Positions 11,976 through 23,882 of a DNA stretch of 64,000 nt are shown here, piece by piece; the stretch's first letter is position 1; every line of letters starts with the position of its first letter. The DNA comes from Novakomyces olei. Its lineage: Eukaryota. Under the pieces are notes generated by a model. That model worked only from the letters and a program-made list of their open reading frames with translations, had not been told where the DNA came from and ran no database searches. The position numbers and the translations under genes are program-made. The DNA is taken from the NCBI GenBank assembly GCA_016906335.1, contig JADEYG010000007.1, positions 558,001-622,000 on the forward strand, written 5' to 3'.

Positions 11976-12155
11976 CACGACCATAGTTATATACGTTAAA
12001 ATTCTACTACATGATTTACGAAACAAGCGTCTTAAACACGCTGAGGAGCGCAAAATGATACGAAGCGTTATCACATGCCACGAAATTTGTATAAACCCGT
12101 TGAAATTAGGTAAAGTCTTGACTACTTTTGTGACTATAGTGGACTGATCGCCTGT

Positions 12156-14220
12156 CTAAAACTGCGCGTCTTCTGTGCCAGATACAATCACATCGTTCAC
12201 CTTGAGGACCATGCGGTTCAGCTGCGTTGCAAGCAAAAACTGTTGCCGTTTTCCAATCAGCGGATCAATCACAAACTGTTCTGCCATATCTGCGTTGTTG
12301 TTAGAAAAGAACACAATACAAAATATAATTGATAATAAGTATTGCTGCAAAAGCTCCCGCTTTCAATTTTTAATTCAATTTATTGTCAATAATTCATTTT
12401 GTGTCTCAATTTTTGTCCGTATTATTTTTGTCCTTTCTTATTTTGTTTCAAGGTCTCTGATTTCTTACCGTTACTGCCCGTGCCCAGACAGTCAATACCG
12501 AGCCGACCCCGGCCACGTTTCTTATCCGAACCCGCTGCTACTTGCGCCGCCCGCACTTTTGCAACTGTCTCGATGGGCGGCAAACCCGAGTTCTCGGCCA
12601 GAGACATGGGTACTATATCAAGAGCACTAGAGAATGCCCTCAAAGCGTATTGCTCAATACCCGCAATCTGTCGTTTAGTTAAAGAAACTTAAAACAAAGT
12701 TATAAATACCTTGTCTGCCTCTTCTGCCACCGCAAGGGCGCATGCCAATTCTGCTGCTCCTCCGCCATACACAATACGGTTGTCCCTAACTATATTTCGT
12801 ACTACGCAAAGTGCATCGTGCAAGGCACGTTTAGCCTCATCAATAATCATTTTATTTGAGCCACGAATAAAACAAGTAGCTGCCTTGCTATTTGCACATT
12901 CTTCAACCACCAGCATACGATCACGTGTTGTTCCAAACGATATCTCGCGAACTACGCCAGCATGGCCCAACTTATCTGCTGTCAAATCCTCAAAACGTGG
13001 GACAATACGTGCGTTCGTAGCAATTGCCAAAAGCTCGATTTCCGGACCGCCGACCCAGCGGACCGCGGGCAGATTGTTTTGCAGCAATAAATGATTAGCC
13101 TCGTCATCAAAGCCCCACTGACAAATGACCAAGTTTGCACCAGTAGCCTTTACCGCCGCAATCATCTCTATAAACTTTTTGTGCTCGTACTCCTGCAAAG
13201 TGCGAAACTCTTCAACCGATGTGATATCCAGCTTATGCTTTGTTTTGGGCTTGGGTGGCTCAAATGGACACGTGAGGATTGCAATCTTGGCATCATGAAT
13301 TTCTCTAGGCATTTGCGGGTGCGACATGTCCTTGTCGATTACAACGCCACGAACTAGCCGTGAGTCTTCGAGTGCCCCACCTACTTTGCCGTCTACTTTG
13401 ATCAATTCAAAGTCCACATCTTTACGCTCCAGATCAGCCACGGAAAGCACCGCTTCTACTGCCATTTTGGCAAACTGATCGTGAGCTTTGGACACGACTT
13501 TGCTGCCTAGTGAAGTATAAGCCGCTCGCAGTAGGTTAGAAGTATCGTCTGTTGTGTAGGGAATTTCGTCCGAGATTGCATCGAGATTGCTCACGGCAAT
13601 ACGACACGCACGATCAAAGCCATCTGCGATACGGATGGGATGGATGCCACGCTCGATCAGCTCTTCAGCTTGAGCAAGTAAGGCTCCGGCGAGAACAACA
13701 ACGCCAGTGGTACCATCCCCGATTTCGTCGTCCTGCGAGCGTGAAAGTTCAACCAACAATTTCGCAATCTGATGCTCCACCTCCATTTTGCTCAGAATAG
13801 TGGCTCCGTCGTTCGTTACCGTGATATCACCGTCCGGCGAGATGAGGATTTTGTCCAGGCCTTCGTTATTAGTCACTTTGGAGGCAAAAAGATAGAGAGC
13901 AATCCAAACCATGGCCTGTCCGAGGAAAGGATTGGGAAACGAGACCATACCACGAGGACCTAAAGATGTCCGTACAATATTGGACACTGTCTTTGCGGCC
14001 AGAATATGCGATTTCACTGCTTCAATGCCGTGCATGCTAATGCACTGGTTAATTATGTTGCACTAAACACGAGGGAATACCGTTTCTTTTTGCCTTGGCT
14101 TTACATGGTTAGCTACAGCACTGGACACGTACAATCTTCGACTTACTCCCGTACGATGATGAAAGGGTTGCCTTGCTCATCACGCGCCATAACCGCATTA
14201 TCCAAATTCGGCGCGGCCAT
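12156..14220 (-). CDS. CCT5: T-complex protein 1 subunit epsilon
   Basis: [76 protein letters not shown]. About five introns. Confidence 0.97.
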
Positions 14221-14831
14221 TTTGCCGACTTGTAAGTTTGCTTTAGCCTAACCGGCGCGAAAGAAACTTTTGGTTCACAAGTCCACGATCAGCTTGAAGC
14301 TTTTTCGCCTCTTGTTTAAGTGTATATATAATTCGTGCCAGTAAAATATTAAATACAATAAAATCGAATTATAATACCAATCCAAGACGAACAATGCGTT
14401 GTTTAAAGAGCGAAAATTAAGATGTAAATATTAGGCAACTTTCACTCCAAAAATATCAAGTAATATTGTCTACTGTATATCGCTACTATTATATCGCTGC
14501 TATTATATCGTTGCTATTGTATTGCCCCTATTATATCGTTGCTCCTTAATATATTATTATTATTGTTGGTATACGCTTTCAGCAAGTAAGGCAACGCTGC
14601 TCCCTCATATAAACAAAAGCGAATAGCCAGCCAGCCGCTGAACAGCGCGCGCGAGATTACAGGATTTTTGCCGGCAGCATTGAGTGCATTGCGTGCTTGA
14701 TATCAGTGGCTTTTTGCTTTGCAATTTTTCTTTGATCGGTGCGTTAATTAGAAGGGCTTTTGTCTAATATTTACCAGCTTCGCAAGGTTAATTACCAAGA
14801 CTTCTCGATTTGATCTGTTTTCCAAGCGAAG

Positions 14832-15718
14832 ATGAGCGGCGCGAACAAGAACGACGAGCAAGTCGTTGGGGGTAAGCGGTGTTGAGTATATAGGAATTTC
14901 CTCTATATTTGTGCTTTTGCCCCGTAGTCTTCCTTTTGGGCCGCACTTGTTTTGATCGCTTTTTACTGCCGCCGTGTTTAGGCTCATGAGGGGTTTATCG
15001 AACTACTGAATGCTAAAAGTTGGGATAGAAAGTGACGGGGAGAGTGATATTTATAACGTCGAAGCTATTGTCGGGCATCGAATCAATAAAGTATGCATCT
15101 TTCAAGAGATCTAGACCCTTGCTAACTCTGTAGTCAAAGCATGGATTTGACTTTTTGATTAAATGGGAAGGTTACGATAATCCTGAGGATAATTCGTGGA
15201 CACCGCAAGAGGATTGCACGTAAGCTTTTTACGCGAATCCAGTGAGAAAGCTAACCATTGGTTCTGTAGTGGATGCGAAGATTTGATCGAGAAATACTGG
15301 GAGTCAATTGGTGGGCGCCCGACGCTGCCGTCGCAAAAGGCAGCCAAGCGTGGAAGAAGCTCTACGCCTGATTCATCTCGCAAAACCAAATCAGCAAGAA
15401 CCAGCAGCGGCAGAATTGCTGAGAAGGAGGATAAATCGGTAGCGGCCAAAGGCACCGAAGAACGTGCTTGGAAGCCACCGCTGGACAAGTCTAATTGGGA
15501 GACGTTGGTAAATCAGATAGAGACTGTTGAGCGGACGGAAGAGGGCTCGCTTTCAGTTTACATAGAGTGGAAAAATGGCCGTCACTCCGTCCACGACTCT
15601 CATATCGTCTATGACCGTTGTCCCAAGAAGGTATTTATACTTTTGCTATTACCGTTTACACTAACATTTTTGATTCTAGATGTGCAAATTTTTCGAGTCA
15701 CATCTTGTGTTCAAATAA
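14832..15718 (+). CDS. HP1/Swi6-family chromodomain + chromoshadow protein
   Basis: Spliced chromodomain (YNVEAIVGHR / FLIKWEGYDNPEDNSWTP), basic hinge, and chromoshadow domain (WETLVNQIETVER...CPKK/MCKFFESHLVF). Four introns. Confidence 0.88.
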
Positions 15719-17020
15719 GTCTGAATCGCTTTGCTTTCTTCTGCAGTAAATAACGGCAAAAGAGCGAGGTGTTTTATAATTTAACGAGTTTCCAATGCAC
15801 CGGTTCAACAGCGGCTGTTTCTAATTGAGAGTATATTAGTGTCCAGCTTTGCCACGTTGGCGTGCGCTAAAATTGCTACTGCTCAGAGATCTATTTAAAC
15901 GTATGCGGCCTAACCCGGGCTCACAAGACGATTGAATCTATCCTTTAAAAATATTTGCTTACCTATGGTTATCCTTGCCTTCTTCCATCTGCAGTGTGTA
16001 TATATATGAATATATATATATATATATGTATATTCTTTCCTTGTATATAGAAGCGTACACAGGACACACATGTGGGAATTTAAATGAGAATTGTACGTGA
16101 CCAGCGGGATGCTTACTTTGTAATACATTACGTACACTATACTCATTTCACAAGTAATGCCAAACCTCAAACTGAGAGAAAAGGAAAAAATATAAGAGCG
16201 ACTAGTTTCTTTTCGCAGAGCTGTTTGGGTCATTTACACTTGTTATTGTAGCACCCTGAGCATCGCTCTTGCGCTCGCTGTATACAACAAGCAGCTACGA
16301 TTCCACGTAGATGATATAGTAGTTTAGGACGCGTCGGACCTCGTGCGCCATGCCCGTTATACTAGTGCTAAGCTTATACGTGACTAGAGTGAAAAATTTA
16401 AAACCGATTATATTTTACATGATAATTACTTCAAAAAAAGGCAAGAATAGCAGATATTAAAAAAAAATTCTCTAGCGTGTTATAAATAAAGGTCGACTTC
16501 CGCCCCCCGAAACGCGGGCAAAATCTGCACGTACAGATACTTGGTTATACGCCTCCAATTTCAAGTAACACTGTCGCCAGAATATTAGAATAATATTCTG
16601 ATATCGCGCATTCCCCTTTTGGTAGGTATGTTTACAGGAAACAGGTCTATTTATTAAAGACGCGAGACCTATCGGCACATTAAGCATGAGAGCAATGAAC
16701 TAACGCGTTGTAGTGACCTGTCGCGTTCGCGCTGATTACGGTTGAATTGCGGCGCTTTCATTTATAAAGGCGAGAACCAAAAGGAAAAAGGAAATTCATG
16801 GTGAGATGGTGGGAGAGCTGAATGCCTGTAACATTATGTATAATTTTGGAAATCGTGACTGAAATGGATCGCATGTTTTCATCACGAGCATATTACAAAA
16901 TCGAGCATTGCCGTTTCACAGATCGGGTTTGAAAATTACCAGCAAATATTTTGTATTTGCCTCTACCTGCCAGCTTGCATTTGTGTCGAAAGTTTTTGGT
17001 ACGTTTGTATACACTGCATT

Positions 17021-19678
17021 ATGTCTACTCGACTAGACCGGCTAGTTTTGCTGTTAGACACTGGGTCTACACAAGTCGTGCGTGATACGGCGGCTCAGCA
17101 GTTGGCGGATATCCAAAAATCACACCCTGATGATCTATACAATCTGCTCACCCGCGTTGTACCGTACTTACGATCAAAAACTTGGGAGACGAGGACAAGC
17201 GCGGGCAAAGCAATTGCTGGGATTGTACAAAACGTTCCACAGTGGGACCCTAATGCGCACGGTGCAGACGATACTGCTGCCAACAGGTTGGCGACAGCAA
17301 AAAAAGAGCGGGACAATGAAGTAGTGGAGCCAAAAATAAAGCCAAGCTCGCAGAACGGAAAAGAAGAGCCACAGGATGGCAGAGCGGGCAGTGTTGACGT
17401 CAAGAGCGAAACAATAGTGAAGTCGGAGGATTTACGGGACGGCGAGTATGATAAACTCAGCACTGCGGAACAAGCAAATGGTGAGGGCACGTCTGCAGAC
17501 TCAGAACCCGGCGACAGTCTGCCTACAATTACAGTGGAAAGCACGAATGGCAGCCTGAAAAATCGGCAGGCTCTTCTTTCTCTGTCTTTGCTGAGTATGG
17601 AGACGGTCATTACTAAAGGCAAACGGCTCCTGGGCAGCGCTGGTAAAGAATACGAAGTATCAATGTCGGACATGACTCCAGCAGAGCGTGTAGCCCTGCA
17701 GAAACGTAACCTAACCAGCCGGCTTGGCCTCGTGGGCGAGTACATGGACGAGGACGTGATTGACGAGCTGGCGTCTGCGCCCACGGCAACAACTCCAGGC
17801 CTTGACCCCTCAACGGCAGCAGTAAAACAGCAGGACCCGGCCACATCTTCGTCCTCCTCCTTACTGTCTCCGAAAACTGAGCCTGACAGGTCTCCATCGC
17901 CGAGAGAGCCTTCGCCCGGTAAGGAAGACACGTCTGCCTTTGCCGGAGTCAGTGCTCGGCAGCGAAATGCGCTCAAGCGAAAAGCAAAACTTTCAGCCAA
18001 AACTTGTCAGAGCAAAGTACGGGTCGTTGACTTTTCGCCCTCCGATGCAGGAAAATCGCCTGCCGTTGAGGCACGAGAAAAGCCGGTGCAAGGCTCCAAG
18101 GACTACTTTTCCCAGTCACCACAGTCAAACCAGTCTGTTGAACAAGACAAAAAAGCCAAGCTTGTTGTGGAGCACAAGTCTCCACAACCCTCGGGGCCGG
18201 TAGTCAGATCTTCGGAGAACGGGCATGATTGGCCGTTTAAAGGGCTGGTAGATTTGCTTGAAGTAGAGATGTTTGATCCGCAGTGGGAAGTCCGGCACGG
18301 AGCGTGCTTGGGTCTTCGAGATATAATTAAATTCCATGGCCCTGGAGCCGGCCGGGTCGTTGGAGCGTCTAAAGCGCAGAACGACAAGTCCAACTTGGAC
18401 TGGCTTGAAGACATTGCGTGTAGAATCCTGTGTATATTTGCGCTCGACAGTTTTGGGGATTACTTGGCGGACCAGGTAGTGGCGCCTATCCGTGAATCTG
18501 CTGCTCAGGTGCTTGGAGCCTTGCTTTTGCATGTGCCCTCTGCCAGTGTAAAGCTTATATTTGGCCACTTGTGTGCGCTTGTCTTCCAGCCTTGGGTCCC
18601 ACAGGGCCGGAGGGTATGGGAGGCGTGCCATGGAGGAGCTCTCGGCTTGAAATACGTGGTGGCCGTTCAGCCGGGCGTAGTATTTGCCGATGCTGGGCTT
18701 CAGATTGGCGCTGTAAATGCGGTCATTGAGGGACTGGCTCACGAGGACGATGACGTTCGTGCTGTTTCTGCGGATACGCTATTGCCCATGGTGGACACGC
18801 TGGCCCAAAGTGGGGACAGTGTACTCCTGCGCCGAGTCATTAATGTTTTATGGGACTGTTTGGCTGATGTGAGGGACGATTTGAGTGCCAGCACGGGGAG
18901 TGTAATGGACGTACTGGCAAAATTTTTCGAGTACGATAGTACGATTGCCCTCATGAGGGGTAGTAGACAGGGAAAAGCAGAAACTAGTGAAAATCTTGAA
19001 AGTGCAAATCTTGAAAGGACAAATTTTGAAAAGACAAATCTTGAAAAGACAAATCTTGAAAAGACAAATCTTGAAAGTGCAAATCTTGAAAGGACAAATT
19101 TTGAAAAGACAAATCTTGAAAAGACAAACCTTGAAAAGACAAATGTTGAAAAGACAAATGTTGAAAAGACAAATGTTGAAAATACAAATGTTGAAAAGAC
19201 AAACTTTGAAAAGACAAATCTTGAAAAGACAAATCTTGAAAAGACAAATCTTGAAAATACAAATTTCGAGACACTATCGTTTGTGTCGCTAGTTCCCAGA
19301 CTCTTCCCCCTGCTTCGTCATACGATTCTGTCTGTGCGCATGTCGGTGATCAGAGCGCTGCTCACGTTTGTGAGTGTCGGCAAGCAAGGTGATGGAGACT
19401 TTACGTCGTGGATAAATGGCCATGTCCTTCAGCTGATTTACCAGAATATATACCTTGAGCAAAACGTGGCAGTCCGCTCACAGAGCCTGGAGCTCTGGTG
19501 GTCCATGACTGAGCGACTAAGCAGTACTGATCTTGCTGCCTGGCTGCAGCCTCGTCTAGAGCGAATGACCCGTCTGCTTCTTGTTCCGATCGGCATTGCT
19601 CGCCGCAGTTATGCTGTCGACAAGTCTCTGCTTGTCTCTGCCCAAGACGAACCTTTCCAAGGCAGTTTTAATACTGGC

Positions 19679-19709
<31 letters not shown>

Positions 19710-22700
19710 CTTTACAACACGCTTATTCGCCCGATATTCCCGTGCTTGCTGGCGATGTTGAGCTGGTCGGGCTGGACAATCTACTGGCAATGCGAGTAGC
19801 GGCCGCTAAATCTCTAGGCCGGGCTATTGCGAAAATGCCTCCGCCTTTTTCCTGCGACTGTATAACGCAGTCGGCAGATCTGATGCTTGGCCAGCAAGTG
19901 CCCTCGTCCACGGCAATGCTGCTGTCCGGCTTTTTGCTGCAGAGCTGGGCCACCAGCTGTGCCCGGGCCGAGTGCTCTGCCACTATCGACCACCTGTACA
20001 CGCAAGTCCAGGCCCGGCTGTCGGAAATGGCCACGGGCCCCGTGTCCTACTCCAACTTGAGCCCGCAAATGGTCGTTGTGCGTGCACAGACGAGTGCTCT
20101 GCTCCATGCCTTTGTGGACGTGGGCAAACTGCCGGCAGACTGCTTGCCTGCTCTGCCAACACAGGTAGAGCAGGTTCGACAAGGAGGAGCAAAAAATGAA
20201 AGTGAACCAGTTTTTGATCTAGACTGTGCCAAAAGAATTATCGGGGACTCTGTTTATGGAGCGCTTAAAGGCCGAGTCGGCTCAGCACAGTCGAGAAAGG
20301 CACTCGAGTCAGCGAAGCAGGGAGTCAGCGATGCCGTTTTGGCGATGGAAAGTATTCAAAAGGCCAGCGATGTCCGTATTGCCGCGAGCCTGGTGGCAGC
20401 GAGTCTCGCCTTGCTGGGCGATAAACTGCCCAAGAAGCTGAACGGCATAATAAAGGCACTTATGGACAGTGTCAAAGGCGAAACTATAGACTTTTTGCAG
20501 GACGAATCGGCGGCCACTGTCACTGACCTGACGGGTCTCTGTCTCGAGCGGAACCGGTCGGGAGTGGCGGACAAGCTGGTCACTAACCTTGGAGCCTTTT
20601 ACTGTATGGACACGGCAGAAACGCCCGAGTTTTACCGATCGAGATCCGTCCTGTCCGAGGCAATTACCCTGCGACTCGGGGACAGCGAACAAAAGGACAA
20701 GGCCAATGATCAGGCCAATGACCAGGCATCGACAGTTAAAGGCCAAGAGGCCTCGTTGAGACGGAGGGGTGCCTTGAAGGCACTCTGCCGAATGTGCACA
20801 GCCTTTGGCGCTTTACTGTTTGAGCGAGTACCGAAACTAGAGACGCTGCTCTTTGCAGCAGACGGACTGCTTACCACCTTTAATGCCAAAGAAGCTCTTC
20901 TCCCCGAGAGCACTACGGGCCAAGAAATAATAGACGCTCTCTCCCTCTTTCGTGCACTGTGCCCTCACCTGTCTCCTGAACTGCACACTACCATTCTGCG
21001 CCATACTTTTAGCATTCTACTGGCGCTAGAAAACCCTTACTCTATGATTAGGTTTGCGGGAGCCAAACTGATGGCGGCACTGTGTGCCGCTATCCCCATT
21101 GAGGCAATGCGCACAGTCGTAATGGACTTGCTGCCGAGGCTGAATGACGCAGCCAATGCACAAAGGCGCCAAGGAGCAATGGAGTGTGTCTTGCATATTG
21201 TAGACTGCCTGCAGGAGAGGGTACTGCCGTATGTAATCTTCTTTATAGTCCCGACACTGGGCCGAATGAGCGATTCCGATGCGGACACAAGGTCCCTCGC
21301 TACAGCCGCCTTTGCCACTCTCGTCAAACTCGTGCCCCTCGAGTCTGGGATCCCCGACCCGCCTGGGTTCTCCGAGGCAATGCTCGCTGGCAGAGCAAAA
21401 GAGAGGGCCTTTATTGCACAGATGCTGGACCCGAGCAAGATCGAGCACTACCATATCCCCGTGGATATAAGGGCAGAGCTGAGGCACTACCAGCAGGAGG
21501 GAGTCAACTGGCTCGCCTTCTTGAACCGTTACCAGCTGCACGGCATTCTGTGTGACGATATGGGCCTCGGCAAGACTCTGCAGAGTATCTGCATAATGGC
21601 CTCGGACCACTACTACCGTGCCCTCCGGCACAGCGAGTCGCCTTCGCCAGAGACGGCTGCTATTCCGTCTCTCGTCATTTGCCCTCCCACGCTCGTGGGC
21701 CATTGGGCTATGGAGATTGAGCGCTACGCTCCCCGACTCTCCTGCTTGGCCTACGTGGGCCCGCCCACGGAGCGGCAGGGTCTGCGCCGGCAGCTAGAGT
21801 CGCATGATGTCATTGTTACTTCGTACGAAGTGTGCCGGGCGGATGCGCTAGAGTTTGCCAGGCACAGCTTCAACTATTGCATCCTGGACGAGGGCCATGT
21901 AATCAAAAACTCAAAGTCAAAGCTGACACAGAGCGTTAAACTGCTGCGCTCGAACCACAGGGTCATTCTGTCGGGGACACCGATACAGAACAATGTGCTG
22001 GAGCTCTGGTCGCTGTTTGATTTTCTTATGCCGGGGTTCTTGGGCACTGAACGCATGTTCTACGAACGCTACGCCAAGCCAATTGCCGCCAGCAGGGACG
22101 GTAAGAGTACAGTGAAGGAACAGGAGAGGGGGGCTCTAGCGCTTGAAGCCCTCCACAAACAGGTGCTTCCTTTCTTGCTGCGCCGGTTGAAGGAGGACGT
22201 GCTGGACGATCTGCCGCCCAAGATTATACAGGACTACTATTGCGATATGAGTCCCTTGCAAAAGCGGTTGTATGACGATTTCGTACAGAGCCAGAGTCTG
22301 CAGGAAAGTGACAGTGGTGGTGGTAACGCTGTAGCGCAAAAGAAACACATCTTTCAGGCACTGCAGTATATGAGGAAACTGTGCAACCATCCTGCCCTTG
22401 TCATCAACGCAAAGCACCCGCAGTACTCTGCCATTTTGGCAGAATTGAAAAGGCAAAACTCGTCCTTGCGAGCGCTTGAACACGCGCCCAAACTGGACGC
22501 TCTTCGTGAGCTCTTGCTCGACTGCAACATTGGCGTATCCGACCCGAAATCGCTGCTCTCTGACGTGGTTGTTAGGGAGCACAGAGTGCTGATTTTCTGC
22601 CAGCACAAGGATATGCTGGATATGGTGGAGAAGGATCTCTTGCAGTCGCAAATGCCCTCTGTCACATACTTGCGCTTGGACGGAAGCGTTGAGAGCCGTC

Positions 22701-23239
22701 GGCGCCAAGATGTAGTACAAAAGTTTAATGCTGACCCTTCTATCGACGTTCTGCTGCTGACTACACACGTGGGCGGCCTCGGGCTCAACCTGACTGGCGC
22801 AGATACGGTTATATTTGTAGAACACGACTGGAACCCCATGAATGATCTGCAAGCAATGGACAGGGCTCACCGGATCGGCCAGAAAAAGGTTGTAAACGTT
22901 TACCGTTTGATTACCCGAGGGACATTGGAGGAGAAGATTATGGGGCTGCAGCGATTCAAAATGAATGTGGCCAACACTGTCGTGAATCAGCAAAATGCCG
23001 GGCTCAATACTATGGATACGGCACAGATATTCGATCTCTTTGAGACCGACAAGACGGCTACTGCTGCCGGCGCCACTGGCAAATCTGGAGACATGGCCGA
23101 GGCACACTTGGACGCCCAGGGCCGGCCGATCACGAAGAAGGGCGGATCAAATATTCTGGATAACCTGGGCGAACTATGGGACGATTCCCAGTATGATGAT
23201 TACAATCTCGATGGGTTCATCTCGACCCTCAAGAAATGA
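17021..23239 (+). CDS. MOT1: TBP-associated SNF2-family ATPase Mot1 (BTAF1)
   Basis: MSTRLDRLVLLLDTGS, WEVRHGA, HEAT region, LRHYQQEGVNWL, GILCDDMGLGKTLQ, ILDEGH, TTHVGGLGLNLTGAD, QAMDRAHRIGQ. Confidence 0.98.
18991..19272 (+). repeat. In-frame 15-bp coding minisatellite in MOT1, ~19 units encoding (T/A)N(L/F/V)E(K/R/S/N)
   Basis: Consensus AAATCTTGAAAAGAC repeated, with a 75-bp higher-order duplication at the start. Confidence 0.95.
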
Positions 23240-23567
23240 TTATGACTTGTTATTTATAATTAATTAATTAATAATTAATAGTTAATAGTTAATTATGGAT
23301 GGCTATAATATGAATTGGACTTTTCTATTTAATAAGTAGGTTGCTGCCTGAAGCAGTTCATCTACCTGTGCACATGGCCATACAATATTTGTCGGCGTTA
23401 AAATAATAGACCGGGTTTTCTTTGCGTACTTTTCGTACAGCGTTCGGTAAGGCGCAAACCAATAATAAGCTTTTCTGCTCGTTTTTTTTGTGAAATAAAT
23501 GAGGAATTCCATAGTTGTACCAAAGCAATGCTCTATTTTTCTTGTAAAACATTAAATGCTCTAAAAA

Positions 23568-23882
23568 TTTATATTTATATTTATATTTATATTTATATTT
23601 ATATTTATATTTATATTTATATTTATATTTATATTTATATTTATATTTATATTTATATTTATATTTATATTTATATTTATATTTATATTTATATTTATAT
23701 TTATATTTATATTTATATTTATATTTATATTTATATTTATATTTATATTTATATTTATATTTATATTTATATTTATATTTATATTTATATTTATATTTAT
23801 ATTTATATTTATATTTATATTTATATTTATATTTATATTTATATTTATATTTATATTTATATTTATATTTATATTTATATTT
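23568..23882. repeat. (TTTATA)n microsatellite, ~52 perfect units
   Basis: Directly visible; it produces the spurious poly-KY and poly-IY ORFs. Confidence 0.98.

Noticed and set aside
18960-19299. The MOT1 repeat as an intron
   Set aside because: Poor 5' splice site (GTAGTA), the frame is open throughout, and splicing would delete the conserved SF..LVPR segment.
21026-23107. Long antisense ORFs within MOT1 (and similar ones in other genes)
   Set aside because: Shadow ORFs opposite conserved coding sequence.
23303-23512. 69-aa minus-strand ORF between MOT1 and the microsatellite
   Set aside because: No recognisable domain; cannot be supported without a search.
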